Shown in pieces: positions 18,754 to 28,450 of a stretch of 64,000 bases of DNA; position 1 is the first letter of the stretch; every line of letters begins with the position of its first letter. The stretch is from assembly GCA_963695435.1 (NCBI GenBank), contig OY968788.1, positions 207,424-271,423 of the forward strand, written 5' to 3'. The stretch comes from an uncultured bacterium. Lineage in GTDB: Bacteria; Patescibacteriota; Kazan-3B-28. Made by a program: the position numbers and the translations under genes. Under the pieces are notes generated by a model, which ran no database searches, was not told the origin of the DNA, and saw only the letters and a list, made by a program, of their open reading frames with translations.

Positions 18754-20106
18754 TCATGTGAGGGAGATTTCTTGGCCGAGGGTAGGCAGGAGGGTTTTGT
18801 TTTGGAGTTGGCGGCGAACTTTGTTCGACAAAACCGTACGGGCTTCGTCTTCGCCATGAGTGAGAATAATCGTTGGTTTAGTAGTGAATCCGGCAAGCCA
18901 TCCAACAAGACCTTTTTGGTCGGCGTGAGCGGAGAAGGAATTGATTGATTTGATTTGCGCTCGTACAACGCGAACTTGATCCATAATGCGGACGCGAGTA
19001 GCGCCTTCAATTAGTTTTCGTCCTAGCGTCCCTTTGGTACAGAAGCCGACAAATACAACTTGGTCGTCAGGATTTCCTAGATGATGAATAAGATGATGCT
19101 GGACTCGTCCGCCGTCAGCCATACCCGAACCGGCAATAATTACTGCCGGTCCTTCTATGTCGTTTATGGTTTTGGATTCTTGAACGGTTGGAGTTTGTTT
19201 GAAATTGGGAAAACTAAATAAATCTTTATCAACTTTTAGATATTTCTGAAAAGTTTCATCAAAAGATTTGGTGTATTTTTTGTAAATGTCAGTAATTTTG
19301 ATGGCGAGGGGACTGTCTAAAATAACGGGAATTTGGGGCATCTGATTGGTGTTGCGGAAAAGATTGAATGTATAAAGCAAATCCTGCGTTCGTTCGAGCG
19401 CAAAAGAGGGGATTATCAATTTGGCATGGCGTTTGTGGGCATGGCGAATTGCCGCCAGCAGCTTTTTCTCTCGATTATTTGCTGGTTCGTGTAAGCGGTC
19501 GCCGTAGGTTGATTCACAGACCACATAGTCAGCTTGAGAAATTAGAGTGGGGTCACGCATAATCGGAACAGGACTGTTTCCCAAATCTCCCGAAAAAACT
19601 AACTTTTTCCCTGCCGTCCAGATTTCAACAATTGATGAACCTAAAATGTGTCCCGCGTCTTGCAAGCAAATTTTGACGCCGTTAGCGGTGAAAGGTTTGT
19701 TGTAATTGTATGTTTCAAAAAGTTTTAGCGCGGAAACAACATCTTTGGTGGAAAATAGTGTTTCAATTTGTTTGAGAGTGGCACCGTGTTCCTGAATGTG
19801 GGCGGCGTCAGTCAAAATCGCTTCGGCCAAATCGCGAGTGGCAGGAGTGGAAAATATTTTCCCTCGGAATCCCTGTCGGTAGAGTTTTGGGATTAGTCCG
19901 CAGTGGTCGAGATGCGCGTGGGTAAGAATAAGAAAATTAATTTTCTTTGGGTCATAGGGAAATGGCTGATAGTTGTATTTGTCAGCTTCGCGTCCGCCTT
20001 GGAATAGACCGCAATCGACTAAAAATTTAGAAGCGTCGGTTGAGACCAGATAGCTGGAGCCTGTAACCATGCCGGTCGCGCCGATGAATTTTATGGAGGT
20101 TGCCAT
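18754..20106 (-). CDS. MBL-fold beta-CASP ribonuclease
   Basis: GATGMVTGSS, THAHLDHCG, AGHILGS, FSGDLG, ESTYG, FSAHAD, HGE; ATG 20106 lies 6 nt after TATACT. Confidence 0.92.
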   Translation of the reverse strand: MATSIKFIGATGMVTGSSYLVSTDASKFLVDCGLFQGGREADKYNYQPFPYDPKKINFLILTHAHLDHCGLIPKLYRQGFRGKIFSTPATRDLAEAILTDAAHIQEHGATLKQIETLFSTKDVVSALKLFETYNYNKPFTANGVKICLQDAGHILGSSIVEIWTAGKKLVFSGDLGNSPVPIMRDPTLISQADYVVCESTYGDRLHEPANNREKKLLAAIRHAHKRHAKLIIPSFALERTQDLLYTFNLFRNTNQMPQIPVILDSPLAIKITDIYKKYTKSFDETFQKYLKVDKDLFSFPNFKQTPTVQESKTINDIEGPAVIIAGSGMADGGRVQHHLIHHLGNPDDQVVFVGFCTKGTLGRKLIEGATRVRIMDQVRVVRAQIKSINSFSAHADQKGLVGWLAGFTTKPTIILTHGEDEARTVLSNKVRRQLQNKTLLPTLGQEISLT

Positions 20107-20200
20107 AGATACAGTATAGATGAATAGAGAGTAGAGAGTAGAGAGTAGGGGTGGCTTCGAGGTATAATGGGCATGAACAATATTTGTATAACTTATGTAT

Positions 20201-21340
20201 ATGAAAAAGATATTTTTTGCTGTTGGTGCGGTTTTGGTGCTGGGGCTTTCAGCTACGGCGGCGGTAGCGGCTCCAACCTTTTTGGCGCCGGAAGATGGTT
20301 CGGTCACTATAAATCAACCGCTAGGCGATGATTTGTATGCCGCGGGTAGCAATGTGATTATCAATAAACCAATCCAAGGCGATTTGATTGCTACGGGTGG
20401 CACGATAGATGTGGATGCAAATGTTAGCGGCGATGTTCTGGTTTTTGGAGGGACAGTAATTATTCGCGGTAATGTGGGAGATGATGTGCGGATAGCTGGA
20501 GGACAGGTAAGTATTTATGGAGCTGTAGGTGATGATTTGTTGATTGGCGGAGGAACTGTTTCTTTGGGTAGTGCCGCAGTGATTAAGGGTGATGTTCTTG
20601 TCGGTGCGGGGAATCTAACATTAGATGGAAAAGTTTTGGGCAGTGCCAGAGTGGCAGCGGACACAGTTGCTCTCAAAGGTACAATATCCGGAAACGCAGA
20701 GGTGCGGGCAGGGGACAGTTTGACTATGAGCGAAAAGGCAAGAGTTGGCGGTACACTGAAATATTGGGCGGAAACAGAAAATTCTGATTTTGCCAAAAAC
20801 GCTGGCAAGGTAGAGTTTCACAAAGCAATTTCAAAACATATGAGCAAGTTGGGTGTTATAGGCGCGTTTGCCGGAATGGCATTGTTTGTAACATTCTGGA
20901 AACTGTTGGGACTGCTGATTATGGGAGCGGTGCTGATACTGCTGTTTCCGAAATATATGCCAAAAGTTGCGGGTGATATCAGAAAGAATCACTGGACAAC
21001 GCTTGGGTATGGGCTTTTGGCAATGGTGTTGGTCCCATTAGCGATGGTAGTGTTGGCAGTGACTGTGGTAGGAATTCCATTGGCGATTTTGCTAGGAATT
21101 ATCTATGCGCTGGTGTTGGTAGCCGGTACAGTGAATGGTTCGTATTACATCGGTCAGTTGTTGGTGCGTAATGACAAAACGGCGTGGGCGCAACTGGGCG
21201 GTATGCTTGTAGGCACACTGATTTTTGGGTTGCTGGCATTCATCCCAGTGGTTGGCTGGATAGCCGGTTTATGGATTATGCTGCTGGGATTGGGCGGGGT
21301 AATAGCTGAACAATGGAAATTGGTGAAATCATATCGGTAG
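20201..21340 (+). CDS. Membrane protein with bactofilin-like beta-helix repeats and C-terminal TM bundle
   Basis: Signal peptide, repeated GD(L/V)xxxGGxVxI units, several C-terminal TM segments. Confidence 0.75.
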   Translation: MKKIFFAVGAVLVLGLSATAAVAAPTFLAPEDGSVTINQPLGDDLYAAGSNVIINKPIQGDLIATGGTIDVDANVSGDVLVFGGTVIIRGNVGDDVRIAGGQVSIYGAVGDDLLIGGGTVSLGSAAVIKGDVLVGAGNLTLDGKVLGSARVAADTVALKGTISGNAEVRAGDSLTMSEKARVGGTLKYWAETENSDFAKNAGKVEFHKAISKHMSKLGVIGAFAGMALFVTFWKLLGLLIMGAVLILLFPKYMPKVAGDIRKNHWTTLGYGLLAMVLVPLAMVVLAVTVVGIPLAILLGIIYALVLVAGTVNGSYYIGQLLVRNDKTAWAQLGGMLVGTLIFGLLAFIPVVGWIAGLWIMLLGLGGVIAEQWKLVKSYR

Positions 21341-21354
21341 CTAATCAAAAATAA

Positions 21355-21750
21355 ATGAACAAGAAAATATGGATGATTTTTGGGGTTTTGGCGGTGATCG
21401 TGGCAGGTGTGGTGTTTTTTCAGCGCCAGACTGCTGACATTTTGGTAAGCATGCCAAAGGCCAACGCTAAAATAACTAGTCCACTTACGATTAACGGAGA
21501 GGCGGTGGGCAACTGGTATTTTGAGGCAGTTTTCCCGATTAGACTTTGGACGGATGATAATTTGTTGATCGCGCAAACTAGTGGGCAGGCACAGGAAGAT
21601 TGGATGACGAGCAAAAAAGTGCCGTTCAATGCCGAATTGACTTTCCCCGCGCAGCCAGCTGGTACAAAGGGTAAGTTGGTTTTCCAAAAGGACAATCCAT
21701 CGGGGTTGCCCCAAAATGACAAATCATATTCTATAAGTGTTAAATTCTAA
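21355..21750 (+). CDS. Gmad2-like immunoglobulin-domain protein
   Basis: I.SPL.I.G.A.G.WYFEA.FP, WMT...VPF, KDNPSGLP. Confidence 0.75.
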   Translation: MNKKIWMIFGVLAVIVAGVVFFQRQTADILVSMPKANAKITSPLTINGEAVGNWYFEAVFPIRLWTDDNLLIAQTSGQAQEDWMTSKKVPFNAELTFPAQPAGTKGKLVFQKDNPSGLPQNDKSYSISVKF

Positions 21751-21754
21751 CGGG

Positions 21755-22213
21755 ATGAAATATCTAGCAGTAATTATGGGTGTTCTAGCGGTTGGTGGTG
21801 TTGGGAGCTGGCTGACCAGTCGGGGATTGGATTGGTACAATCAATCGAATATCCCAAGCTTCGCTCCGGGTGGAAGTGTAATTGGGACCGTCTGGACGAT
21901 TATCTATATACTGTCGGCTATCGCGATAATCTTGTGGTTAAGTCAGAAAAAACGGGGTGCGAATTATTATCGGGTAGTCTGGTGGTTTGTGGTCAATGGT
22001 GTCCTAAATGCTTTCTGGAGCTATCTATTCTTTTTCAATCATCAAGTCAGTTTGGCAATTGCGGAGATGGTAGTACTTGAGGCTTCGGTACTAGTGTTGA
22101 TTTGGTTGATGTGGAAGAGAGCGCGGTTATCGGCAATATTGTTGATTCCGTATGCAGTTTGGGTGGTGTTTGCGACTTATTTGGCATATAGTTTCTTGGT
22201 ACTAAATAAATAA
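21755..22213 (+). CDS. tspO: TspO/MBR family protein
   Basis: WY...P.FAP, VWTIIY, LNAFWSYLFF, LLIPYAVWVVFATYL. Confidence 0.88.
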   Translation: MKYLAVIMGVLAVGGVGSWLTSRGLDWYNQSNIPSFAPGGSVIGTVWTIIYILSAIAIILWLSQKKRGANYYRVVWWFVVNGVLNAFWSYLFFFNHQVSLAIAEMVVLEASVLVLIWLMWKRARLSAILLIPYAVWVVFATYLAYSFLVLNK

Positions 22214-22217
22214 CGAC

Positions 22218-22706
22218 ATGAAATATTTGTATTGGGTAATTGGGATAGTGTTGTTGGCAGGAGTGTTGTATTGGGCGTACAAAACGCCGACTAAGGTTGT
22301 GCCGGTGAGCGAAACTGAAACCGTTTATGTCTTTATGACGAGGATGACTCAGACTGATATGGAATATGTACCAGTGGAGCGGGAAGTTGCAAAAACAAAT
22401 GTGATGGAAGATTTGATAAAAGAAGCTTTGACGGAACTAGTTAAGGGCCCGACAGCAGAGGAAAAGGCGGGTGGACTTTCGGTTTCCTTCAATGCTGGAA
22501 CAATAGTGAATTATGTCAAAATTGAAGGGGAGACACTGACGGTTGATTTCAACGAGATTTTCGATTTTCAAATGGGAGGCTCGGCTCGGGTGACTTCTAT
22601 TTCACAAGGTCTTCTGCGGACTATTGAGCAATTTCCGTTAGATGGGGTTACGGGAATCCAATTTACTGTGAATAACGGCGAGCGGGCTGCGGTGTTGGAA
22701 CCATAG
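22218..22706 (+). CDS. GerMN-domain protein
   Basis: PVER, AL.EL..GPT..E...G, LTVDF, GGSA, T..QF. Confidence 0.8.
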   Translation: MKYLYWVIGIVLLAGVLYWAYKTPTKVVPVSETETVYVFMTRMTQTDMEYVPVEREVAKTNVMEDLIKEALTELVKGPTAEEKAGGLSVSFNAGTIVNYVKIEGETLTVDFNEIFDFQMGGSARVTSISQGLLRTIEQFPLDGVTGIQFTVNNGERAAVLEP

Positions 22707-22791
22707 TCTGGGAGCCGATTTTTGAGCAGACCTACCCTTGAATTGGAGGGGGTTTTCTGGTAAGCTCACCGCAAGCAGAAGAGACTCATAA

Positions 22792-23835
22792 ATGGAAAGA
22801 TTTAGGGGATTAGAACAGGCACCAACTCAAATAATAGAAGACGAGAAGAATCTCGCCTCGGGTTTTGAGGAATCTTCTGATACGGGTGGGAACGGGAAGA
22901 AATCGGAAGTGCCAGTATTGGAATATCCGCAAAGAAGCTCCGAAGAGTATAAAATTGCTGACGAGAATAAAAAGATGGAGAGTGTTTTGGAGTTTTACTC
23001 GAGCATAATAAAAGACAGCCCTTTATTAACCGCTATCCAGGAGAAGGAGTATGTCCAGATGTTCCAGCAGGGCAACCTGGCAGAGAAAGAACTAGCTCAA
23101 AAGATATTAATTGAATCCAATTTGGGATGGGTCATAAAAGTGGCTCGTTCTTATGTTCGACCGGATGCTCCCTTAGAGGATTTGATCCAAGAGGGGATAA
23201 TGGGGCTGGTTTATGCGGCGGGAAAATTTGATGAAGAAAGAGGTTGCCGGTTCTTGACCTTTGCTACGGATTTAATTAGAAATAGAATTTTGGACTATCT
23301 CACAAATAGAGCCGATATAGTTAGAAAGCCCGAGCATATAGTGGGCAAGATTGGTCAATTCAAAAAAGCAGATGAAAAGCTAGGGAGGGAACTCGGTCGG
23401 GATCCAAATGATCAAGAATTGGCTGATTATTTGGGGGTAGAAAAAGAAAAAGTTCAGGGGTTAAAATTATGGTCTGCGCTGGTTGATTTTTCCTATACTA
23501 TTCCGGTTGAGGAAGGGGGGCAGAGTTTACCAAAGATAGCATTGATTGAGGATCAGAACAGTGGAAAAGAGGAGAAAGTTTTGATAATGCGTAAAAGTCT
23601 TGAAGAGATTTATGCAGTTGCTGGGTTAACCAAAAGAGAAAGGGAACTCCTGGTTTCTTATTACAATGCTAAGGATAGAAAAAATTCAAATACATATGAA
23701 GAGATAGGCAGGCAACATGGTTTGAGAAAGGGGGGAGTTACCCAAACGATAGTAAGGGCAAGAAGAAAGATAAGAATTTGTTTGGCGAAGCACCCTGAGT
23801 GGGCAGATGCTATCAATGAGCTGGGGAACGAGTAG
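22792..23835 (+). CDS. Sigma-70 family (RpoD/RpoS-like) sigma factor, divergent
   Basis: LIESNL, DLIQEG.MGL..A..KFD..RG.RF, region 3 LGR.P...ELA, region 4 T.EEIG. Confidence 0.85.
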   Translation: MERFRGLEQAPTQIIEDEKNLASGFEESSDTGGNGKKSEVPVLEYPQRSSEEYKIADENKKMESVLEFYSSIIKDSPLLTAIQEKEYVQMFQQGNLAEKELAQKILIESNLGWVIKVARSYVRPDAPLEDLIQEGIMGLVYAAGKFDEERGCRFLTFATDLIRNRILDYLTNRADIVRKPEHIVGKIGQFKKADEKLGRELGRDPNDQELADYLGVEKEKVQGLKLWSALVDFSYTIPVEEGGQSLPKIALIEDQNSGKEEKVLIMRKSLEEIYAVAGLTKRERELLVSYYNAKDRKNSNTYEEIGRQHGLRKGGVTQTIVRARRKIRICLAKHPEWADAINELGNE

Positions 23836-23853
23836 GAAAATTGGAGATACGAA

Positions 23854-23881
23854 AAAGAGGTGGCCTTGCGGCCACCTCTTT
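23854..23881. terminator. Bidirectional terminator between convergent genes
   Basis: aaagaggtggcc-ttgc-ggccacctcttt. Confidence 0.75.
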
Positions 23882-23894
23882 CAAGGTGCGGAGG

Positions 23895-24701
23895 TTAGAG
23901 GGGGAGCGGGGATGTCAGCTTATCCTTTTGCTTATGGGTTCGCCGACCAAGTACGGCGGCTGCCCACTTCGGTGGTTTCAGGACATCTAGGCCTGGTCTA
24001 TAGAATCTCATACCTAGATCAAGTGGGCTATTCATGGTTAGCAGTATCCGCTGGCCTTTGGGACCAGGCATGAACTTTTCCAGGTATCCCAGGTCAGTGG
24101 ATATCGCGTTAAACACCAAGATAGAGTCCGCTCTTACATCCACATTTTGGGGTGAGGTAGCCGTAGAAACGACCACTCTGCTATACCCGCGATCCGTAAT
24201 GCCGATTTTTAAATAATCGGCGGTTACTTTCTGGCCGCAGAGGACCAGTATTTGTTGGCCGGCCAGTTGGGGGATTAGCTCCCACAACTTTTGGCACTTC
24301 GGATGTAACCTTTCGCTTTTCAGCTCACGGACCATGTTCTGGAAGCGAGGACTTCCGCCCAAACGGCTGGCTGCGTCAGTCGTATCGCTATACAGAATCT
24401 TTTCGGAATATGCCAGCGCGGCTGGCGTACCTTCGCCGATCGCGTATCGGCAAAAGTTCCAGACTCTCCTATATTCGGCAACAAGACTGCGCCGAGTCCG
24501 GAAGTCTGGATGTTTTACATGGCGCTTGATTAGCGCCTCGACATCTTCGATGTCCGAGTTAGTCATCGGCGGGAACTCGGGATTCACGATTATCTCGCAC
24601 TGCTGGAGTTGGAAACTGATACTCCCCAGCAGCACTTTGCCATCTTCCCAGAACTTGGTTAGCCAACCAAGTTCCAAACTAAATACTGCATCGAAAGACA
24701 T
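23895..24701 (-). CDS. Hypothetical protein, possible degenerate SF2 helicase C-terminal domain
   Basis: SD aaggagg upstream; HPK..KL.ELI...QILV.C..K.TA.YL segment. Confidence 0.55.
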   Translation of the reverse strand: MSFDAVFSLELGWLTKFWEDGKVLLGSISFQLQQCEIIVNPEFPPMTNSDIEDVEALIKRHVKHPDFRTRRSLVAEYRRVWNFCRYAIGEGTPAALAYSEKILYSDTTDAASRLGGSPRFQNMVRELKSERLHPKCQKLWELIPQLAGQQILVLCGQKVTADYLKIGITDRGYSRVVVSTATSPQNVDVRADSILVFNAISTDLGYLEKFMPGPKGQRILLTMNSPLDLGMRFYRPGLDVLKPPKWAAAVLGRRTHKQKDKLTSPLPL

Positions 24702-24871
24702 GTTCCGCCTCCTTCAGGTGGGATACAATACGATGATGGTAAGACTGCAAAAAGATGCATTTATCCTAGCAAATATCAGATTAGAAGTCAAGATTATCAG
24801 GTCTGGGAGCGCATTTTTTGAGCTTTTTCAACCAAAAGGGGACGGGGGAGCCTTTGGGATATAATAAGGAG

Positions 24872-26239
24872 GTGGCACGAAAATGGAAAGGCAAAAATTT
24901 GGCAATTTTGGGCCTCGGACGCGAAGGTTTTGATTTGGTGAAATTTTTGCTTAATTTAGGCGCAAAAGTGACGGTGTTGGACTCCGCCAGCGGGCAAAAA
25001 CTGGGTTCTAGGTATCAAGACGCCAAAAAACTTGGCGCCGAATTTCGATTGGGCCCAAATTATCTAAATGGACTATCAGATTTCGATATAGTGTTTCGAA
25101 GCCCAGGGATCCCCTTGCAGTTAAAAGAATTTCGGGTGGCGAAGAAAAAGGGTGTTGAAATAAGCAGTACGACTCGCCTATTTTTTGAACTTTGTCCGGC
25201 GCACATTGTTGGCGTCACTGGAACTAAAGGAAAGTCCACGACGGCGAGTCTTACGCATCATTTGCTCGGAGGAAGCAAACGGCGGGTGTATTTGGCGGGA
25301 AATATTGGCCATTCCCCTATTCCTTTATTAAAAAAGTTAAGAAGGTCTGATTGGGTGGTGCTGGAGTTGTCCAGTTTTCAGCTCGAGGATTTGAATGAGA
25401 GTCCTGAAATTTCGATATTGCTCAACGTTGTGTCGGAGCACTTGGATAGGCACAAAACTTTTTCTAAATATCTTTTGGCTAAACAAAATATTTACAAACA
25501 CCAGAAGAAAAAAAATATTTTGGTGGCATCCAGAGATTATCCAGCAACTCGGGCGGCTATTCAGCAGGCAAAGGGTAGAGTCTACCCTATCTCCACCAAG
25601 CAAATTTTGAAAAAGGGTGTGTACTTGGCGGGAGACGAAATTATTTACCGAAACGAAAAAGGACGCCGACAGGTAGTCGCTCCGGTATCATCCATGAAAC
25701 TTAGGGGCGAACATATGTGGCAAAATGTATTGCCGGCAGTTGCGGCGGCGATAGTTGCAGGTACACCAGTGAAGCGGATTGGTGGACGACTGAAGTCTTT
25801 TAAGGGGCTACATCACCGACTGGAGATTGTTCGAACGATTGGCAAAACTATTTTTGTGAATGATTCTTTGGGGACTACACCAGAGGCTGCTGCGGCAGCT
25901 GCATTGGCATTTTCGGAAATGCCAAAAGCGATGATTATTGGTGGAGTGGCGAAGGGCGGAGATGTAAAACAACTAGCAAGAACGATTGCTAAATCAAATG
26001 TGGAGTTGGTAGTGCTGATTGGGCAGTCGGCAACTAAATTTAAAAATGTTTTCAAAAAATTTGCGCCGTATGTTCCAGTAAAAACCATTATCAAGTTTGA
26101 TGATGCGGTAAAACGAGCCTATGCGGCGGTGAAAAAAGGTGGAGCGGTTATTTTGGCGCCGGCTTGTGCTAGTTTCGATATGTTCAAAGACGCTTATGAT
26201 AGAGGAGAACAATTTAGTAAGATAGTTAGGAAGTTGTGA
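24872..26239 (+). CDS. murD: UDP-MurNAc-L-Ala--D-Glu ligase
   Basis: LGLGREG, RSPGI, GVTGTKGKSTT, ELSSFQL, HRLE, APACASFDMF; GTG 24872. Confidence 0.95.
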   Translation: MARKWKGKNLAILGLGREGFDLVKFLLNLGAKVTVLDSASGQKLGSRYQDAKKLGAEFRLGPNYLNGLSDFDIVFRSPGIPLQLKEFRVAKKKGVEISSTTRLFFELCPAHIVGVTGTKGKSTTASLTHHLLGGSKRRVYLAGNIGHSPIPLLKKLRRSDWVVLELSSFQLEDLNESPEISILLNVVSEHLDRHKTFSKYLLAKQNIYKHQKKKNILVASRDYPATRAAIQQAKGRVYPISTKQILKKGVYLAGDEIIYRNEKGRRQVVAPVSSMKLRGEHMWQNVLPAVAAAIVAGTPVKRIGGRLKSFKGLHHRLEIVRTIGKTIFVNDSLGTTPEAAAAAALAFSEMPKAMIIGGVAKGGDVKQLARTIAKSNVELVVLIGQSATKFKNVFKKFAPYVPVKTIIKFDDAVKRAYAAVKKGGAVILAPACASFDMFKDAYDRGEQFSKIVRKL

Positions 26240-27414
26240 GAAATTATCACAGACAAGATTATTATTTGGCGATTACCACCATAATATTGGTGATTTTCGG
26301 GTTGGTAATGGTTTCTTCCGCATCAGTGGTGCAATCGTTCGAGGCGACTGGCTCGAATAACTACTATTTCTTCCGACAGGCAGGATTTGCTCTGGCAGGT
26401 GTCTTTTTGTGGTGGTTCTTCTCAAAACTTGATTATCATTGGTGGAAACGGGCGGCTGGTCCACTGCTTATTGCCGCGGGTGTTTTGTTGGTTCTGGTAC
26501 TGATTCCGGGGGTTGGTGTCGAAGCGGGTGGCGCGCGAAGATGGATTCTAATAGGCGGATTTACTCTGCAGGCCAGTGAGCTTGCAAAATTCGCAATGAT
26601 AATTTATTTGGCATATTGGTTCGAGCGAAAAGGTAACCGAATTACAGATTTTTATAATACTTTTTTGCCGTTTGTAATACTGATCGGCGCAACTTTTTTG
26701 TTAGTGATGCAGGAACCAGATATGGGGACTGCCGTGTCTTTGGCGCTGATTACAGGCTCTATGTATATGGTAGCGGGTGCAAGTTGGGGACAAATAGCGA
26801 CACTATTTGGCGGAGGGATCGGTGCGGTTTTGGTCATGATCAAATTGGCGCCGTATCGGTTGAGTCGGTTCTTAACCTTCTTAAACCCTAATGCCGATCC
26901 GCTTGGTTCTGGTTACCACATCAATCAAGCACTACTCGCTATTGGTTCTGGTGGACTATTTGGGCTGGGGTATGGGCGGAGCAGACAAAAATATAATTTC
27001 TTACCGGAAGCGTCTTCGGACTCAATTTTTGCCGTTATCGGTGAGGAGCTGGGGATGATCGGTTGTTTGGCGCTGATTGCTGGGTTCGCGATTGTAATTT
27101 GGAGGGGACTCTTGATTGCCCGAAGAGCGCCAGATATGTTCGGACGATTGCTTGCGATGGGGATTACTGGGTGGATCGGATTTCAAGCAGTACTTAATAT
27201 GGGAGCGCTAGTGGGGCTATTTCCACTGACGGGGATTCCCCTGCCGTTTATAAGCCTTGGAGGCACCTCGTTAGTGATGGTGCTGGCTGCTTCTGGTATA
27301 CTCCTGAATATCTCTAAACAGACCATAATCACGCACAAAGATGAAAGTATTATTGGCGGGTGGGGGGACTGGCGGTCACATTTTGCCAACTCTGGCGGTC
27401 GCCGACTCCCTTAA
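26236..27414 (+). CDS. ftsW: SEDS peptidoglycan polymerase FtsW
   Basis: GARRWI, Q.SELAK, EPDMGT, LPEASSDSIF, TGIPLPFISLGG. Confidence 0.95.
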   Translation: MRNYHRQDYYLAITTIILVIFGLVMVSSASVVQSFEATGSNNYYFFRQAGFALAGVFLWWFFSKLDYHWWKRAAGPLLIAAGVLLVLVLIPGVGVEAGGARRWILIGGFTLQASELAKFAMIIYLAYWFERKGNRITDFYNTFLPFVILIGATFLLVMQEPDMGTAVSLALITGSMYMVAGASWGQIATLFGGGIGAVLVMIKLAPYRLSRFLTFLNPNADPLGSGYHINQALLAIGSGGLFGLGYGRSRQKYNFLPEASSDSIFAVIGEELGMIGCLALIAGFAIVIWRGLLIARRAPDMFGRLLAMGITGWIGFQAVLNMGALVGLFPLTGIPLPFISLGGTSLVMVLAASGILLNISKQTIITHKDESIIGGWGDWRSHFANSGGRRLP

Positions 27415-28450
27415 AACCAGATTACCTGGAGTAGAACTCCTGTATATCGGCTCAAAAAGAGCTGAAGATAGGCGATTGGTAGAGGCAGCGGGGATTCAAT
27501 TCAAAGGAATTCACGCGGGGAAACTTCGGCGATATCCGTCTTGGGAGAATTTTTTGGATGTTTTCAGGTTCTGGTTTGGAATTTGGGAGTCGGGGAGAAT
27601 TCTGAAGAAGTTTCGTCCGCAGATTGTTTTTGCTAAGGGCGGTTATGTATCATTGCCGGTAGTGATTGCGGCAAAACATTTGGGTATTCCGGTTGTGTTG
27701 CATGAATCGGACAGTCATTTAGGGTTGGCAAATAAAATGGCATTGAAATCGGCAACAAAGCTTGCGGTAGCTTGGCCAATCCAAAATTATTGGCAAAATG
27801 AACCTAAATTGGGCAAATATGCGGACAAGTTTGTATATACTGGTTTGCCGATGACGCCGGAATTTATAAATTGGAAAGAGGACAAATTATTTGAAAATAA
27901 TTTACCAATAATTTTATTTACTGGTGGTTCGCAGGGTGCGCATGCAATCAATGAAATGGTTTGGGAGATTTTATCCCAATTACTCCGCCGATTTAATGTG
28001 GCGCATCAAGTGGGCAAATTGGATTTTGAAACGGCGAAGTGTCGGAAAGATAATTTGGCTCCCGAAATACAAAATAATTATTTACCGTTTGAGTTTGATA
28101 GAAATATTTTTCTTTCAGCGTTACATTCGGCTGACTTGGTTGTTTCCCGTTCGGGTTCTTTTGTGTTTGAGCTGGCTGTGTTGAGTAAGCCTTCGGTACT
28201 AATCCCCTTGCCGGGTTCAGCAAATGACCACCAAATGAAAAATGCGCAGTGGATGGTGAATAATGGCGCAGCGGTGGCTTTGTCGGAAGAGTTCGGTGCT
28301 GCCAAGCTATTGGGAACGATTGATAATTTGATGAATGACGAGAGCAAAAGATTAGCAATGTCGGATACAATGAAAACATTAGGCGAACAATCGAAGACAG
28401 CGGCGGACACAATTGCTAAGCTAATTATTGATGAAGCGAAAAAAGAGTAA
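27341..28450 (+). CDS. murG: Undecaprenyl-PP-MurNAc-pentapeptide GlcNAc transferase
   Basis: GGGTGGH, KGGYVS, HESD, GGSQGA, HQMKNA. Confidence 0.95.
   Translation: MKVLLAGGGTGGHILPTLAVADSLKTRLPGVELLYIGSKRAEDRRLVEAAGIQFKGIHAGKLRRYPSWENFLDVFRFWFGIWESGRILKKFRPQIVFAKGGYVSLPVVIAAKHLGIPVVLHESDSHLGLANKMALKSATKLAVAWPIQNYWQNEPKLGKYADKFVYTGLPMTPEFINWKEDKLFENNLPIILFTGGSQGAHAINEMVWEILSQLLRRFNVAHQVGKLDFETAKCRKDNLAPEIQNNYLPFEFDRNIFLSALHSADLVVSRSGSFVFELAVLSKPSVLIPLPGSANDHQMKNAQWMVNNGAAVALSEEFGAAKLLGTIDNLMNDESKRLAMSDTMKTLGEQSKTAADTIAKLIIDEAKKE

Noticed and set aside
20107-20307. Extended N-terminus of the 517-aa minus-strand ORF
   Set aside because: Overlaps the divergent gene and a heptamer array; the MBL fold starts at ATG 20106
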